Source of the DNA: an uncultured delta proteobacterium
Lineage (GTDB): Bacteria; Desulfobacterota; Binatia; Binatales; Binataceae
NCBI GenBank assembly: GCA_963842085.1
Contig: CAWJET010000001.1
Span: forward strand, 2,816,001 to 2,880,000
Direction of reading: 5' to 3'
Length of the DNA: 64,000 nt
In this document: positions 50,001-59,043 of the stretch, in pieces
Numbering within the stretch: position 1 is the stretch's first letter
Layout: every line of letters starts with the position of its first letter
Program-made: the position numbers and the translations under genes
Notes under the pieces: model-generated
Databases searched by the model: none
Told to the model about the DNA's origin: nothing
What the model saw: only the letters and a program-made list of their open reading frames with translations

Positions 50001-50126
50001 AATCGTCGCGCGGCGAAACGTCATCTCGGGAAATACCGCGCTCGGAATCGTTCGCGCCAGGATGACCCCGAGCACGCTCGCTGCCAGCACCGACAGCACC
50101 GCCAGCGTCGAGCTGCTGCGCGTCAT
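47085..50126 (-). CDS. RND efflux permease (CzcA/CusA-like)
   Basis: NMMTLGGLAAGIGLFIDDAIVMIE, YLPPLDEG, KNGILL, RLRPIIMTT. Confidence 0.93.
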   Translation of the reverse strand: MTRSSSTLAVLSVLAASVLGVILARTIPSAVFPEMTFRRATILADSGDLPAEQMLASVTRPLEESAYTVPGVELVRSTTTRGSAEIDVTFGEDADPQTSYQMLNAAVAHTRAQLPNDTTLDALLLTTGTFPIVDLSLSSKIRSLPELTDIANYDLVPSLHRIEGTYRVGVIGGKYREFVVRLDPARMLQHDMSPAQVVAGLAHNNVIASAGRMNESHRMLLTVVTSDLHQAGQIAAVPLSAIGGQPVRVSDVGSVELGIREDYIRAASENGAAVLVGISRRPSGNTVTIAAEARQILAEFRQRYPDVQFSVSYDQSELVSESFNSVRDAILLGLALAVLVVLVFTMSPLSALVAATVVPCTVAITFIVMKAAGLTFNMMTLGGLAAGIGLFIDDAIVMIEAIHRELASGQSAGTAVAEALKRLRRPLFAATMTVIVVFGPLVFISGVTGVFFRSLAATLGGGLAISLILAIYFTPAIELAMARFRGRARAAGRIYRGVQTLFLTAIRPIIRIPALAILGAAVSMLVAYFVYNSIGTDYLPPLDEGAFVLDYLTPPQSTMADTTALLDSIQSILKTTPEVVAFSRRTGTQLGFFLTESNRGDMSVRLKPDRKRDIDTVIDSIRERILSSVPGVSIEFSQVLQDLIGDLSGVPEPIEVKVFGPDQKTIEATARQVADRMRSIHGLVDVFDGIVESIPEQAVVVDNTSAAHYGLSADDIRTALDSVIQGTVATNVLSGDRLVGVRVRYPDAFHEDLGTLSEVILKSSTNARVPLSAVTKIDFLGETSEIARERQRSVVHVTARLEGIDLGTAVSQVKQSLSRMPLAAGVSLEYGGLYAQQQRAFHELALVLVAGTIMMFLILVWEFARLAPAVACLVAAMSCLAGSFIALAVTGMTLNISSFMGIIMVAGITAKNGILLLDHAEREVGAGVRPGAALFEAATVRLRPIIMTTLATAAGLLPLALGYGAGAKVQQPLAIAVIGGLAFAMILSSPLAGGIYLMGTRGSGRTEARSPRE

Positions 50127-51130
50127 TGGTTTCCCTGCGCGACGCGAACGTGCAGGCCGTCGGACAGCGCATACCCGCCCGAAGTCACGACCAGTTCACC
50201 CGCTTTGATGCCGGCAGTCACCTGGACCAGATCGCGCTGGCGAAGTCCGACCGTTATATCCGTGCGATGCGCGCGGCCGTCGGCGCCGACCACAAACACG
50301 TGGTAACGATCCACGCCTTGGTCCTGAAACAGTGCCGGCGCGGGAATCACGATCGCGTCGGGGACGCTCGCGGTCTCGATCCGCACTTCGACTGGAGCGC
50401 CTGCCTCCGCGATACGCTCCGGGCCGGTGAAGTCCGTCCGCACCGACGAGGTCGCGCTCGATGCGTCAAAACTTGGCAGGATCGCCGCGATGCGCGCGGG
50501 AAACTCAACCCCGGGACGAAACGGCGTCGTCACCGTCGCGGCCATCCCGGGCCTCAACAATGAGAGCTGGTTCACCGGGACCGAGGTATCGACGTAGAGG
50601 CTTGCCGGATCGATTAGATCGACCAGCGTGTCGAGGTCGGCAACCATCTGGCCGCTGGTGACCGGCGGTTGCGAGACGATTCCCGATTCCGGCGCGACCA
50701 CCGGTATTCCCGCGCTGTGACTGTAGCGCTTGACGGACGCACTCAGCGCCGGCGCGTCCTGGGGATCGATCCTGCGCGCGACCGCGAGCCCGGCCTCCGC
50801 CGCTTCGATCTCGCGATTGACGACACGCGCGACGATCTGCCCCTTGCGCACGAAATCGCCGCTCGCCAGTTTCAGTCCCGTCACTCGGCCCGCCGTTGGC
50901 GCGCGGATGATCACGTGCCGCGTCGCGACGGTTTTGCCGAGCAGCCGAAGCTCGCTTGTCATCGGATGCACTTCGGCCCTTGCCGCGCTCACCAGCAGGA
51001 CGGGCTCGGGCTGCGCCGCGATTTCGCCGCCGCCTTCTTTCGCGCCGCCGCATCCTGCGAGCAGCGCCGTCGCCACTGCCGCCGCGAAGATCGCGATGGC
51101 GCGGCGGTTCGAGCCCGCGCGCCTTATCAT
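50123..51130 (-). CDS. RND periplasmic adaptor (membrane fusion protein)
   Basis: Lipobox LAGC; IRAPTAGRV, VVAPESGIV, GELVVTSG. Confidence 0.9.
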   Translation of the reverse strand: MIRRAGSNRRAIAIFAAAVATALLAGCGGAKEGGGEIAAQPEPVLLVSAARAEVHPMTSELRLLGKTVATRHVIIRAPTAGRVTGLKLASGDFVRKGQIVARVVNREIEAAEAGLAVARRIDPQDAPALSASVKRYSHSAGIPVVAPESGIVSQPPVTSGQMVADLDTLVDLIDPASLYVDTSVPVNQLSLLRPGMAATVTTPFRPGVEFPARIAAILPSFDASSATSSVRTDFTGPERIAEAGAPVEVRIETASVPDAIVIPAPALFQDQGVDRYHVFVVGADGRAHRTDITVGLRQRDLVQVTAGIKAGELVVTSGGYALSDGLHVRVAQGNQ

Positions 51131-52386
51131 TGGATACGGCCGAGGAGCAGGTTCGTCTCCGCCACCGCCTCGCGCGCGTTGAACTCCTGGTCGTGCCGCT
51201 GCAGCCGCAATTGCTCGGCCTGCTGATACGCATCCAGCACTTCGAGCATCGTCACGGCGCCGCCGCCGAGGAAGCGCGTCCACGTCAGCGCGAAGTTATC
51301 GTCCGCGGTTGGCTGCGCGCGCGACAGGATGTCGAGTTGCCGATTCGCCTGGTCGTAACGAATCGACGCGTCCGCGATTCGCCGCTTCAGAATGTACTCG
51401 GCCTGCCGCGCCTGCGCTGTGGCCGAATGCTCTTTCGCCTTCGCCTGGTCGATGTGCGATGAAATCAGTCCGCCGTCGAACAGCGGTACCGACACGACGC
51501 CGTCGTATGAGCCGCCAAAGTTGTGCGAAATCGTCGCCGGCGGATCGATGCCGACAAATCCGGTCGTGAACGCGACCTGGAACGTCGGCAGACGCTCGGC
51601 CTTGGCCGCCTTGATTTGCGATTCTGCCGACGCGATCGCGCGCTGCGCCGCCTGCATTACGGGGCTCTGCGCAAGATCGCCCGACGGCTTCGGCGGAACG
51701 CCGGCGAGGCTCGCGATTTCGAGGTCGGGCTGATTCGGCTCGCCGATCAAAATGCCCAGCGCCGCGGTCGCGCGCTCGCTATTGCCGCGCGCCGCGTCGA
51801 GCGCAATCTCAGTACTGTCGCGCGCGGTGCGGAACTTCAGCACGTCATTGGTGATGACGCGTCCGCTTTTTTCGAGCGCCTCGATCGTAGTTACGTAGCG
51901 CGTCAAGCGTTCCAGGCTGGCCTGCAAATCGTGTTGCGCCCCCCGCGCGCGAAGCACATCGAAGTAGGCGATCGACGTATCGAAAACAATTTGCGCCCGC
52001 GCCGCAGCGACTCCCAGCCGCGAGGCTTCGTTGACGTACTCGGCCGCACGCAGCCGCGCCTGTCGCCGTCCCCAGTCCCACGCCGTGTAGTCGAGCGTCA
52101 GCAGACCGGCCGATAGTCCGCGGTTCGAAATGACCTCATTGTAACCCGGCGCCTGGTAGTACTCCGCGCCCGCCCCGACGGTCGGAAACAGCGGAGCACG
52201 CTGCTCGCGCACGTGTGCGACGCTCATGTCGCTCGCCGCGGCGGCGACGTCCACCGAAGGCGCCAGGTGCAAGGCGCGATCGATCGCGTCAGACAGAGTA
52301 ATGGTCGCGGCGGGCGCCACCGAAGCCCAACTCAAGAGCGCGGCAGCGAGCGCCGCCCTGAAGAGGTTGCGGCTAGTCTGCTCCAT
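51127..52386 (-). CDS. TolC-family outer membrane efflux protein
   Basis: Signal peptide; TLSDAIDRAL, AKAERLP, VSVPLFDGG, LEVLDA. Confidence 0.9.
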   Translation of the reverse strand: MEQTSRNLFRAALAAALLSWASVAPAATITLSDAIDRALHLAPSVDVAAAASDMSVAHVREQRAPLFPTVGAGAEYYQAPGYNEVISNRGLSAGLLTLDYTAWDWGRRQARLRAAEYVNEASRLGVAAARAQIVFDTSIAYFDVLRARGAQHDLQASLERLTRYVTTIEALEKSGRVITNDVLKFRTARDSTEIALDAARGNSERATAALGILIGEPNQPDLEIASLAGVPPKPSGDLAQSPVMQAAQRAIASAESQIKAAKAERLPTFQVAFTTGFVGIDPPATISHNFGGSYDGVVSVPLFDGGLISSHIDQAKAKEHSATAQARQAEYILKRRIADASIRYDQANRQLDILSRAQPTADDNFALTWTRFLGGGAVTMLEVLDAYQQAEQLRLQRHDQEFNAREAVAETNLLLGRIQ

Positions 52387-52456
52387 TCGCGAAAGAGTAA
52401 CAGTGGTCCGCCGACCGGCCAAATTAATGGACGTTAAGCTGATTAATGAGCGGCGG

Positions 52457-53833
52457 CTATCGCAGCGGGACGGTCGCTCGGTGCGGATCTTCTTTGTGGA
52501 GCGCCAGCGTCACGACGAACGCGGATCCTCCCGTCGGAAGATTCGCGGCGGCGATGTCGCCACCATGCGCCCGCGCAATTTCCCGGCACAGGCTCAAGCC
52601 CAGCCCACTGCCTTCGCCGGGCGACCCTGCGCCGCGAAAAAATCGATCGAAAATGTGCGGCAGCTCAGCTGGATGGATTCCCTCGCCGGTGTCGGCGACG
52701 CGGATAATCGCGCGATTCGCGTCGCTCTTCAGCCCAACCTCGATCGAGCCGCCGGCCGGCGTGAACTTGAGCGCGTTGTCGAGCAGGTTAACGATCAGGC
52801 GGCGCAAGTGCGCCTCGTTGCCATTGACGAAAACGTCCGCGGGCGCATTGACCGTCAGTTTTAGCTCGCGCGCCTGCGCCAGCGGTCCGACCGTCGCGCC
52901 TATCTCGCTCAACAGTGCGCGAAGATTCAGCTTCTGCCGATCCACCATTACTTCGCCATTGAGCCGCGACAGCATCAGCAGTTCGTCGGCAATCCTGCAC
53001 AGCGACAGCGCCTCGCGATGCGCCGCGCCAAGGGCAGCGCGATTTTCCTCGGCCGTGCGATCGCGCGCGAGCGCTACTTCCAGCCCCGTGCGCAGCACCG
53101 CCAGCGGTGTCCGCAGCTCATGCGCCGCATCGGACGCGAACCGGCGCTCCGTAGCCGACGCGCGCTCCAGGCGCTCCAGCAATGCATTGATGACCGCGCT
53201 GAGCCGCGCGACTTCATCAGCCACCGGCGGGACCGTCAGCCGCGAGCTCAGATTGGTCGGCCCGATCGCGTCGAGCTCCGCCGTCACCGATTCGATCGGC
53301 CGTAGCGCCCGGGCCGCCAGCAGGTATCCGCCCCCGACGCAAAGCAGGAGCACGATCGGCACCATCAGCAGTAGCAGGTTGCGCAGGCTGCTCACCGATT
53401 CCTCAACCAGGCCCGCCTGCACTCCGCTTTGCAGGTACGCGAGCTCGCCGTTGTACATCATCGGAACGACCGCGAACCTGAAGGCTTGGTTGCCGACGAT
53501 CGCCGGGTGCGTGGGGAGCGAGGGATCGAACGGGGGCGGGATCGTGTGGACAGCGCCGAAGTTCCCCACCTCGCCATGCGCCGTGACGATTCGCACGCGC
53601 CGGCCGGGCCCGATATCGGTCTCTAGGCTCAGCCGCTGCAGGATTCCAATCGCGCTTGACGAGCCGCTGCGCTGGATCTGATCGGCGGTGTTCTCGGCCT
53701 CCTCCAGCAGCGCCGCGTCCAGCGCGCTGAACTGCTGGCGCGCGAAAAGTTTCACCGCGGCGATCGCCGCGACCAGCAAAATCGCCGCCAGCACCGCGGC
53801 CCAGTAAATGGTCAGCCTGAGTCTGATCGTCAT
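52457..53833 (-). CDS. Sensor histidine kinase (CusS/CzcS-like)
   Basis: Two TM plus HAMP; FASDAAHELRTPL, NLLDNALKFT, DTGEGI, GSGLGL. Confidence 0.93.
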   Translation of the reverse strand: MTIRLRLTIYWAAVLAAILLVAAIAAVKLFARQQFSALDAALLEEAENTADQIQRSGSSSAIGILQRLSLETDIGPGRRVRIVTAHGEVGNFGAVHTIPPPFDPSLPTHPAIVGNQAFRFAVVPMMYNGELAYLQSGVQAGLVEESVSSLRNLLLLMVPIVLLLCVGGGYLLAARALRPIESVTAELDAIGPTNLSSRLTVPPVADEVARLSAVINALLERLERASATERRFASDAAHELRTPLAVLRTGLEVALARDRTAEENRAALGAAHREALSLCRIADELLMLSRLNGEVMVDRQKLNLRALLSEIGATVGPLAQARELKLTVNAPADVFVNGNEAHLRRLIVNLLDNALKFTPAGGSIEVGLKSDANRAIIRVADTGEGIHPAELPHIFDRFFRGAGSPGEGSGLGLSLCREIARAHGGDIAAANLPTGGSAFVVTLALHKEDPHRATVPLR

Positions 53834-53861
53834 CGGCGGCCAGCGTGCGGCGGCTGCGGCG

Positions 53862-54542
53862 TCATTCCGCGCGCATCGTGTATCCGACTCCGCGCACGGT
53901 GACTATCAGCGAGCGATCGGCGCGCGGATCGATCTTCTGCCGCAATCGATTGACGAAAACTTCGATCAGGTTGGTCAGCGCGTTGTAGTTCGAATCCCAG
54001 ACGGTCTCCGCGATCATGTCGCGCGTCACCACCTGTCCGGCGTTTCGCATCAGCAATTCGAGCAGCATCTTTTCCTTCGGCGACAGGTTCAGATTGTGCT
54101 CGCCGATTTTCGCGCGCCGCTTAACGGTGTCGAATTCCAGGTCACCGACCTTGAGAATCGGCGATGCAGGGGTCCGCGGACGCCGCGCCAACGCCTTGAT
54201 TCTCGCCACCAGCTCGGCAAACGCGAACGGCTTGACCAGGTAGTCGTCGCCGCCCGTGTCGAGTCCGGCCACGCGTTCCTCCAACGCGCCGCGCGCGGTC
54301 AGGATCAATACCGGCGTCTGATTGCCCGCCGCGCGCATCTCGCGCAGCAGGTCCAGCCCGTTTTTCCCAGGCAACCCCACGTCCAGTACGATTAGATCGA
54401 GCGCGCCGCGCGCGACTATCGGCTCGGCCTCCTCCGCACTCCCTGCCAGTTCGACCGCGAAGCCGTCCTCGACGAGTCCTTGCTTGACCGCGGTGGCCAG
54501 CCGAGTCTCGTCCTCGATCACCAGTATCCGAAGCGCATTCAT
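53862..54542 (-). CDS. OmpR-family response regulator (CusR/CzcR-like)
   Basis: ILVIEDE, LDVGLP, LTARG, DDYLVKPF, TVRGVGY. Confidence 0.93.
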   Translation of the reverse strand: MNALRILVIEDETRLATAVKQGLVEDGFAVELAGSAEEAEPIVARGALDLIVLDVGLPGKNGLDLLREMRAAGNQTPVLILTARGALEERVAGLDTGGDDYLVKPFAFAELVARIKALARRPRTPASPILKVGDLEFDTVKRRAKIGEHNLNLSPKEKMLLELLMRNAGQVVTRDMIAETVWDSNYNALTNLIEVFVNRLRQKIDPRADRSLIVTVRGVGYTMRAE

Positions 54543-54595
54543 ACCCCCCGATGCTGGCACGCCGCCGCCTCCAAAAAAAGCGTGCGCCCACCCCG

Positions 54596-55231
54596 TCAGA
54601 TCGCCAGCGAGAGTACTCCGGCTGCCACCAGCGCGCCTGCCCAGATTGTGTCCAGGTTGATCCAGGCGCTGCGCAGGATCGCCAGCCCGACCCACTCATA
54701 AACCAGGATCGCGATTACCCCGGTCACCGCGATCATTGCGCCCGTATGCACCAGCACTACCGCTAATGCCTGCGCGACGGTATGCGCGTGAGCCGCAGTC
54801 ATGTGATGCGCGTGCGGAGAATTCGGCGTCATCCCGATCAATATCGGGAACAGCATCAGGCCCGCGCCATGCGCCGACGCCATCAGGAACGACCACAGCG
54901 CGAGCTCCGCCGCGTTCACCCGCATCGCAACCCAGCGCGGATGCGCGCGCGGCCAGAAAAAGCGGAACAGCCCGAACAGGATCAGCGCGGTCGCGCCGAT
55001 TGGGCGAAGAAGATCGATGGCGAAGAACAGCCGCAGTCCGCCGATTATCGCAACGACGGCTGCGATGGACACGAGATGTCCCAGCGCGATTGGACCAAGC
55101 GCCCAAATGACCTTCGAGCGCCGCCGCTCCTGCAGCCCAAGCGCCACCGCGAACAGCCAGCCCATCGACGGATCGACGCCGTGATACGCGCCGAGCGCCG
55201 CGACCGCGATCCACGGCCAAGCCGGCGTCAC
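54596..55231 (-). CDS. His-rich membrane protein coupled to SBP56
   Basis: GTG overlaps SBP56 stop; GAYHGVDPSMGWLFAVA, ALGH, SAHGAGLML, HAHHMTAAHAH, VHT. Confidence 0.8.
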   Translation of the reverse strand: MTPAWPWIAVAALGAYHGVDPSMGWLFAVALGLQERRRSKVIWALGPIALGHLVSIAAVVAIIGGLRLFFAIDLLRPIGATALILFGLFRFFWPRAHPRWVAMRVNAAELALWSFLMASAHGAGLMLFPILIGMTPNSPHAHHMTAAHAHTVAQALAVVLVHTGAMIAVTGVIAILVYEWVGLAILRSAWINLDTIWAGALVAAGVLSLAI

Positions 55232-56619
55232 GGATAGCAGAACGAGTCGGACGACGAATCGCCGCCCTCGAGGCGAATCTGATGCGCCCGCTCGCCATCG
55301 AAGGTCGTGAAGAAGTTCGGATCGATCGTCATCCCGCCCGCCGGCGCGCAATCGATCTTCGCGACCCAGCCGCGCACACCCTCGGGATAGAACTGCGCGT
55401 CCCACGCCCCGTACAGCGAGTTCGACAGGTAAACGCGCCGCCCGTCGCGGCTCAGCTCGATCATCTGCGACGCGCCGTTGAGCGGCCCGCTCTTCGGATG
55501 CTTGCCGTGCGACACGATTCCGCCCAGCCGCACCGTGCCCGTCAGCTTGGGCTTGAACGGGTCGCTCACGTCGTATTGCTTCAGGTCGCCGGTGCCGAAG
55601 CACGCGACGTACAGGAACTTGTCGTCGAGACTCAGGTTGATGTCGGTGATAAGCGGCGGCACCGCCTTGAACGGTTTGAGCGCCGGCGGCAACTGGCTCT
55701 CGTCAGCGGGCTCGGCGGGAATTTCGATCACCTTGCGGACTTTCCAGTCGCCGCCGTCGCGATGCCACAGCCAGATCGACGCCGACAAGTCCTTGGTCGA
55801 GATCACCACGCCGACGAAGCCGTAGGTCTTGGTCGGATCGTGCGATGGGCGCAGCTCGAGCACCAGTTGATGCTCGGCGCCGAGGTCGAGCGCCTTCAGA
55901 TGGCGGCGGTTGCGCAGATTCCAGATATGAATCGCATGTCCGTACTTGTTCCCGAGCAGCAGTTCGGGCACCACGCCGTTTTCGATCATGTTCGGCGTGC
56001 CCCATTCGCTGGTGATGGCCACGTCCCAGCCGAGATGCCACCAGAAATCGTAAGCGAACCACTGCGGCCCGCGCTCGACTTCCCATCGCCCGAGCACGTC
56101 GAAGCTTTCGTGGTCGAGCAGGAAAATTCCGCCAGGCCCGTCGCCCTTCGGATTGCCCAGCGCGCTCACGTAAATCGCGTCGGGTCCGCAATGCACCGTA
56201 TGCGGCCGGCTGTAGCCCGCGCGCGCCGCGATCTCCTCGGCCTCGATCGTCTTCACCAGCTTCGGCTTGCGCGCGTCGGGCTTGGTGTCGAAAACGTAAA
56301 TCCGCGACGAGCGCAGTCCCGGCACCAGCAGGTAGCGCCGCTCTATATGCGGATGCGGCGCATACGGACACAGCGCCGCGCTGCACGCGTTCCAGCCAAA
56401 GTGATGCAGCTCGTCGCCGGCGTTCGGCACTTCGGAGCGCCCGACCACGTGCGAGTAGGTCTTCGATTTCGGGTCGAGATCGAGCACGCACAGCGCGTCA
56501 TGCTTGCCGTTGGCGGGCGTCGGGTTGAACGCCACGACGTAGCCGAGCTGCTCGCGCGGCGCCTGCATCGCCATTCGCGCCGAAGGATAAAACGTCTGAT
56601 CGGGTTTCCATAGCGCCAT
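55228..56619 (-). CDS. Selenium-binding protein SBP56 / methanethiol-oxidase-like beta-propeller
   Basis: GDELHHFGWNACS, PGLRSSRIY, PHTVHC, YDFWW, SEWG, LITDINLSLDDKFLY, WDAQFYP, GGDSSSD. Confidence 0.93.
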   Translation of the reverse strand: MALWKPDQTFYPSARMAMQAPREQLGYVVAFNPTPANGKHDALCVLDLDPKSKTYSHVVGRSEVPNAGDELHHFGWNACSAALCPYAPHPHIERRYLLVPGLRSSRIYVFDTKPDARKPKLVKTIEAEEIAARAGYSRPHTVHCGPDAIYVSALGNPKGDGPGGIFLLDHESFDVLGRWEVERGPQWFAYDFWWHLGWDVAITSEWGTPNMIENGVVPELLLGNKYGHAIHIWNLRNRRHLKALDLGAEHQLVLELRPSHDPTKTYGFVGVVISTKDLSASIWLWHRDGGDWKVRKVIEIPAEPADESQLPPALKPFKAVPPLITDINLSLDDKFLYVACFGTGDLKQYDVSDPFKPKLTGTVRLGGIVSHGKHPKSGPLNGASQMIELSRDGRRVYLSNSLYGAWDAQFYPEGVRGWVAKIDCAPAGGMTIDPNFFTTFDGERAHQIRLEGGDSSSDSFCYP

Positions 56620-56790
56620 GTATTCGCACCGCCTTCCGGATGATGCTTCCGACCGTAGCCAACCCGCCGAGTCTCAGGCAAGCCTTACCACCAACACCGA
56701 TGCGCGAAATCGTTGCCCTACGCGCCGTTGCTTGATGTAACATCGCGATGGCGCCGGCACGGCGACTACCCAATCGGGATGCAACGAAAA

Positions 56791-57606
56791 ATGCCGATGG
56801 AAGACAAAACCGTTCTCTACGAGAAGCACGACCGCATTGCCAAAGTCATCCTCAACCGCCCGCGCTACAAGAACGCGCAATCGCGGCGCCTGCTTGAGGA
56901 AATGGACGCCGCCTTCGCCGAGGCCAACGCCGACGACGACGTCCGCGTCATCATTCTCGCCGGCGCCGGCGACAATTTCTGCTCCGGCCACGACCTCGGG
57001 ACGCCCGAGGAAAAAGAGGATCAGGCGCGCCGCCCGTTTCCCAAGGGCGTGCGCGGCGAGTACGCCCGCTCGCGCCAGATGTTCCTCGACAACACGCTGC
57101 GATGGCGCGATCTGGACAAGCCCACCATTGCCCAGGTCCAGGGCTTGTGCATCTTCGGCGGCTGGATGTTCGCGGCCGCGATGGATCTCATCGTCGCTTC
57201 CGACGACGCGAAGTTCCTGCCCGCGCTCCTGCAATACTTCTCCATCCCGTGGGACATTCCGCCGCGCAAGGCCAAGGAAATCCTTTTCCAGAGCCGCTTC
57301 GTCGACGCCGAAGAGGCCGCCCGCCTCGGCTTTGTCAACATGGTGGTGCCGCGCGCCCAACTCGAGGCTGAAACGATGGCGCTCGCGAATCGAATTGCGG
57401 AGAGCGACCGCTTCACGCTCCGCATGGTCAAGTGGGCGGTGAATTCCGCGCAGGACGCGATGGGCTTCAGCACCGCGATTCGTAACGCCCATTCGCATCA
57501 CATGATTCTCGGCATCGGCGGCCTGATTCAGGCCAAAATGCAGGGCAAGGAGCTGCCCAAGCGGATGCCGGGGGTCGAGCAGGCGCTCAAGAAAGTACGG
57601 AGGTAG
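56791..57606 (+). CDS. Enoyl-CoA hydratase/isomerase family protein
   Basis: LNRPRYKNA, FCSGHDL, KPTIAQVQG, DLIVAS. Confidence 0.92.
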   Translation: MPMEDKTVLYEKHDRIAKVILNRPRYKNAQSRRLLEEMDAAFAEANADDDVRVIILAGAGDNFCSGHDLGTPEEKEDQARRPFPKGVRGEYARSRQMFLDNTLRWRDLDKPTIAQVQGLCIFGGWMFAAAMDLIVASDDAKFLPALLQYFSIPWDIPPRKAKEILFQSRFVDAEEAARLGFVNMVVPRAQLEAETMALANRIAESDRFTLRMVKWAVNSAQDAMGFSTAIRNAHSHHMILGIGGLIQAKMQGKELPKRMPGVEQALKKVRR

Positions 57607-57698
57607 GGCGCCGATCCCGGCGCTTGGCTCGCTTACGGGAACTTGCTAGACTTTAGCGTCGCTGGAATGGACAGTCTGTTCCGTACTCGCGGGGATTA

Positions 57699-58241
57699 GT
57701 GGAAGTTTCGCGGCGTAGCTTTCTGAGAATGGGCGCGATTGCCGCTGCACAACTCGTTGTGCCAGCGGCCGCGCTTGCGCGCACGACCGTCCAGCTTCGT
57801 CGCCGTTCGCTCAAGTTCCACGCCCTGCACACCGGCGAGAGTCTGACCACGACCTACTGGGAGAACGGCCGCTACGTCCCGGAAGAACTCGACCGAATCA
57901 ACTACATCCTGCGCGATTTCCGCGCCAACGAAATAAAACCGATCGATCCCGCGCTGCTCGATCTGCTGACCCGGATCCAGTATGGATTAAGCACCAACGA
58001 GCCGTTCCAGGTGATTTCCGGATACCGCTCGCCGGTGACCAACGCGATGCTCCATGCGAACAGCGAAGGCGTCGCCGTCCACAGCCTTCACATCGAAGGC
58101 AAGGCGATCGATATTTCCGTCCCGGGGCGCACCCTCGAACAGCTCCGCGGCGCCGCTCTGGCGCAGCGCTCCGGCGGCGTCGGCTACTACCCGCGCACCG
58201 GCTTCGTCCACGTCGACACCGGCCGCGTCCGCTTCTGGTAA
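57699..58241 (+). CDS. YcbK/DUF882 (MepK-like M15 peptidase), Tat-exported
   Basis: SRRSFL Tat motif; HTGE, ISGYRSP, SLHIEGKAID, FVHVDTG. Confidence 0.92.
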   Translation: MEVSRRSFLRMGAIAAAQLVVPAAALARTTVQLRRRSLKFHALHTGESLTTTYWENGRYVPEELDRINYILRDFRANEIKPIDPALLDLLTRIQYGLSTNEPFQVISGYRSPVTNAMLHANSEGVAVHSLHIEGKAIDISVPGRTLEQLRGAALAQRSGGVGYYPRTGFVHVDTGRVRFW

Positions 58242-58254
58242 CCATCTATTTTGG

Positions 58255-58292
58255 TTCCACTTCCACCTGGGGAAGGGGTTTAGGGTTAGGTT
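58255..58292 (-). repeat. Degenerate family-B REP-like element
   Basis: TTCCACTTCCACCTGGGGAAGGGGTTTAGGGTTAGG between convergent genes. Confidence 0.45.
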
Positions 58293-58293
58293 C

Positions 58294-59037
58294 CTACTTC
58301 GTCGCGACCGCTACCAGCCGCTCCGCGCGATTGTCGTACGGCGAACCGCTCAAGCTGCCGAATAGTTCAACTTCGCGGAATCCCGCCTGCTTCAACACTT
58401 CCCTGATCTCGGCGCCCGAGTAAGGCCGGCACGAGAACGTCAGCTCCATCCGCCTCTTTCGCCCGATCATCGTCCAATGACTCTCGAGCCAATCCCATCC
58501 GCTCCTGAGTTTGCGTTCCTGCAGCAGGATCGCGCCGTCGGGCAATCGCTCCCAGGTCCGCTCGTTAAAGTTGCGCGCCAAGACTTCCTTGCCCATCATT
58601 TCGATCACAAGGCGCGCGTTGGCTTTCAACGCATCATGAAGGTTCCGTGCGACCAGCAAGTCTTCGGCCTGGTCGGCAAAGTAGCCGAACGAGGTCACGC
58701 AGTTGATTGCGCCGTCGAAGGCGTTCGTCCGCCTGAACGTGCGCATGTCCTCCTGCACCCATTCGACGGTCACGCCTTCCTTGCGGGCGCTGGCTTCCGC
58801 GCGATCGAGAAATGCCCGTGTGCGATCGACTCCGGTTATGGCCAGCCCGCGCCGCGCCAGCGCGATCGAATGCCGACCGATACCGCAGCACAGATCGAGC
58901 ACGCTCTGGCCGGGCGCGACGCCGAGCAGTTTGATTAGTCCGTCGGCCTGCGCGCCGGAACTCTCGACCCGCTCAGGCGTGAAGAAGAAGGGTGCGAAGC
59001 TCTCCCAGAATTCGTCGTCTTCGTACCACTCGGGCAT
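58294..59037 (-). CDS. Class I SAM-dependent methyltransferase
   Basis: VLDLCCGIGRH, GVD, EDMR, TSFGYF. Confidence 0.92.
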   Translation of the reverse strand: MPEWYEDDEFWESFAPFFFTPERVESSGAQADGLIKLLGVAPGQSVLDLCCGIGRHSIALARRGLAITGVDRTRAFLDRAEASARKEGVTVEWVQEDMRTFRRTNAFDGAINCVTSFGYFADQAEDLLVARNLHDALKANARLVIEMMGKEVLARNFNERTWERLPDGAILLQERKLRSGWDWLESHWTMIGRKRRMELTFSCRPYSGAEIREVLKQAGFREVELFGSLSGSPYDNRAERLVAVATK

Positions 59038-59043
59038 TGCGCG

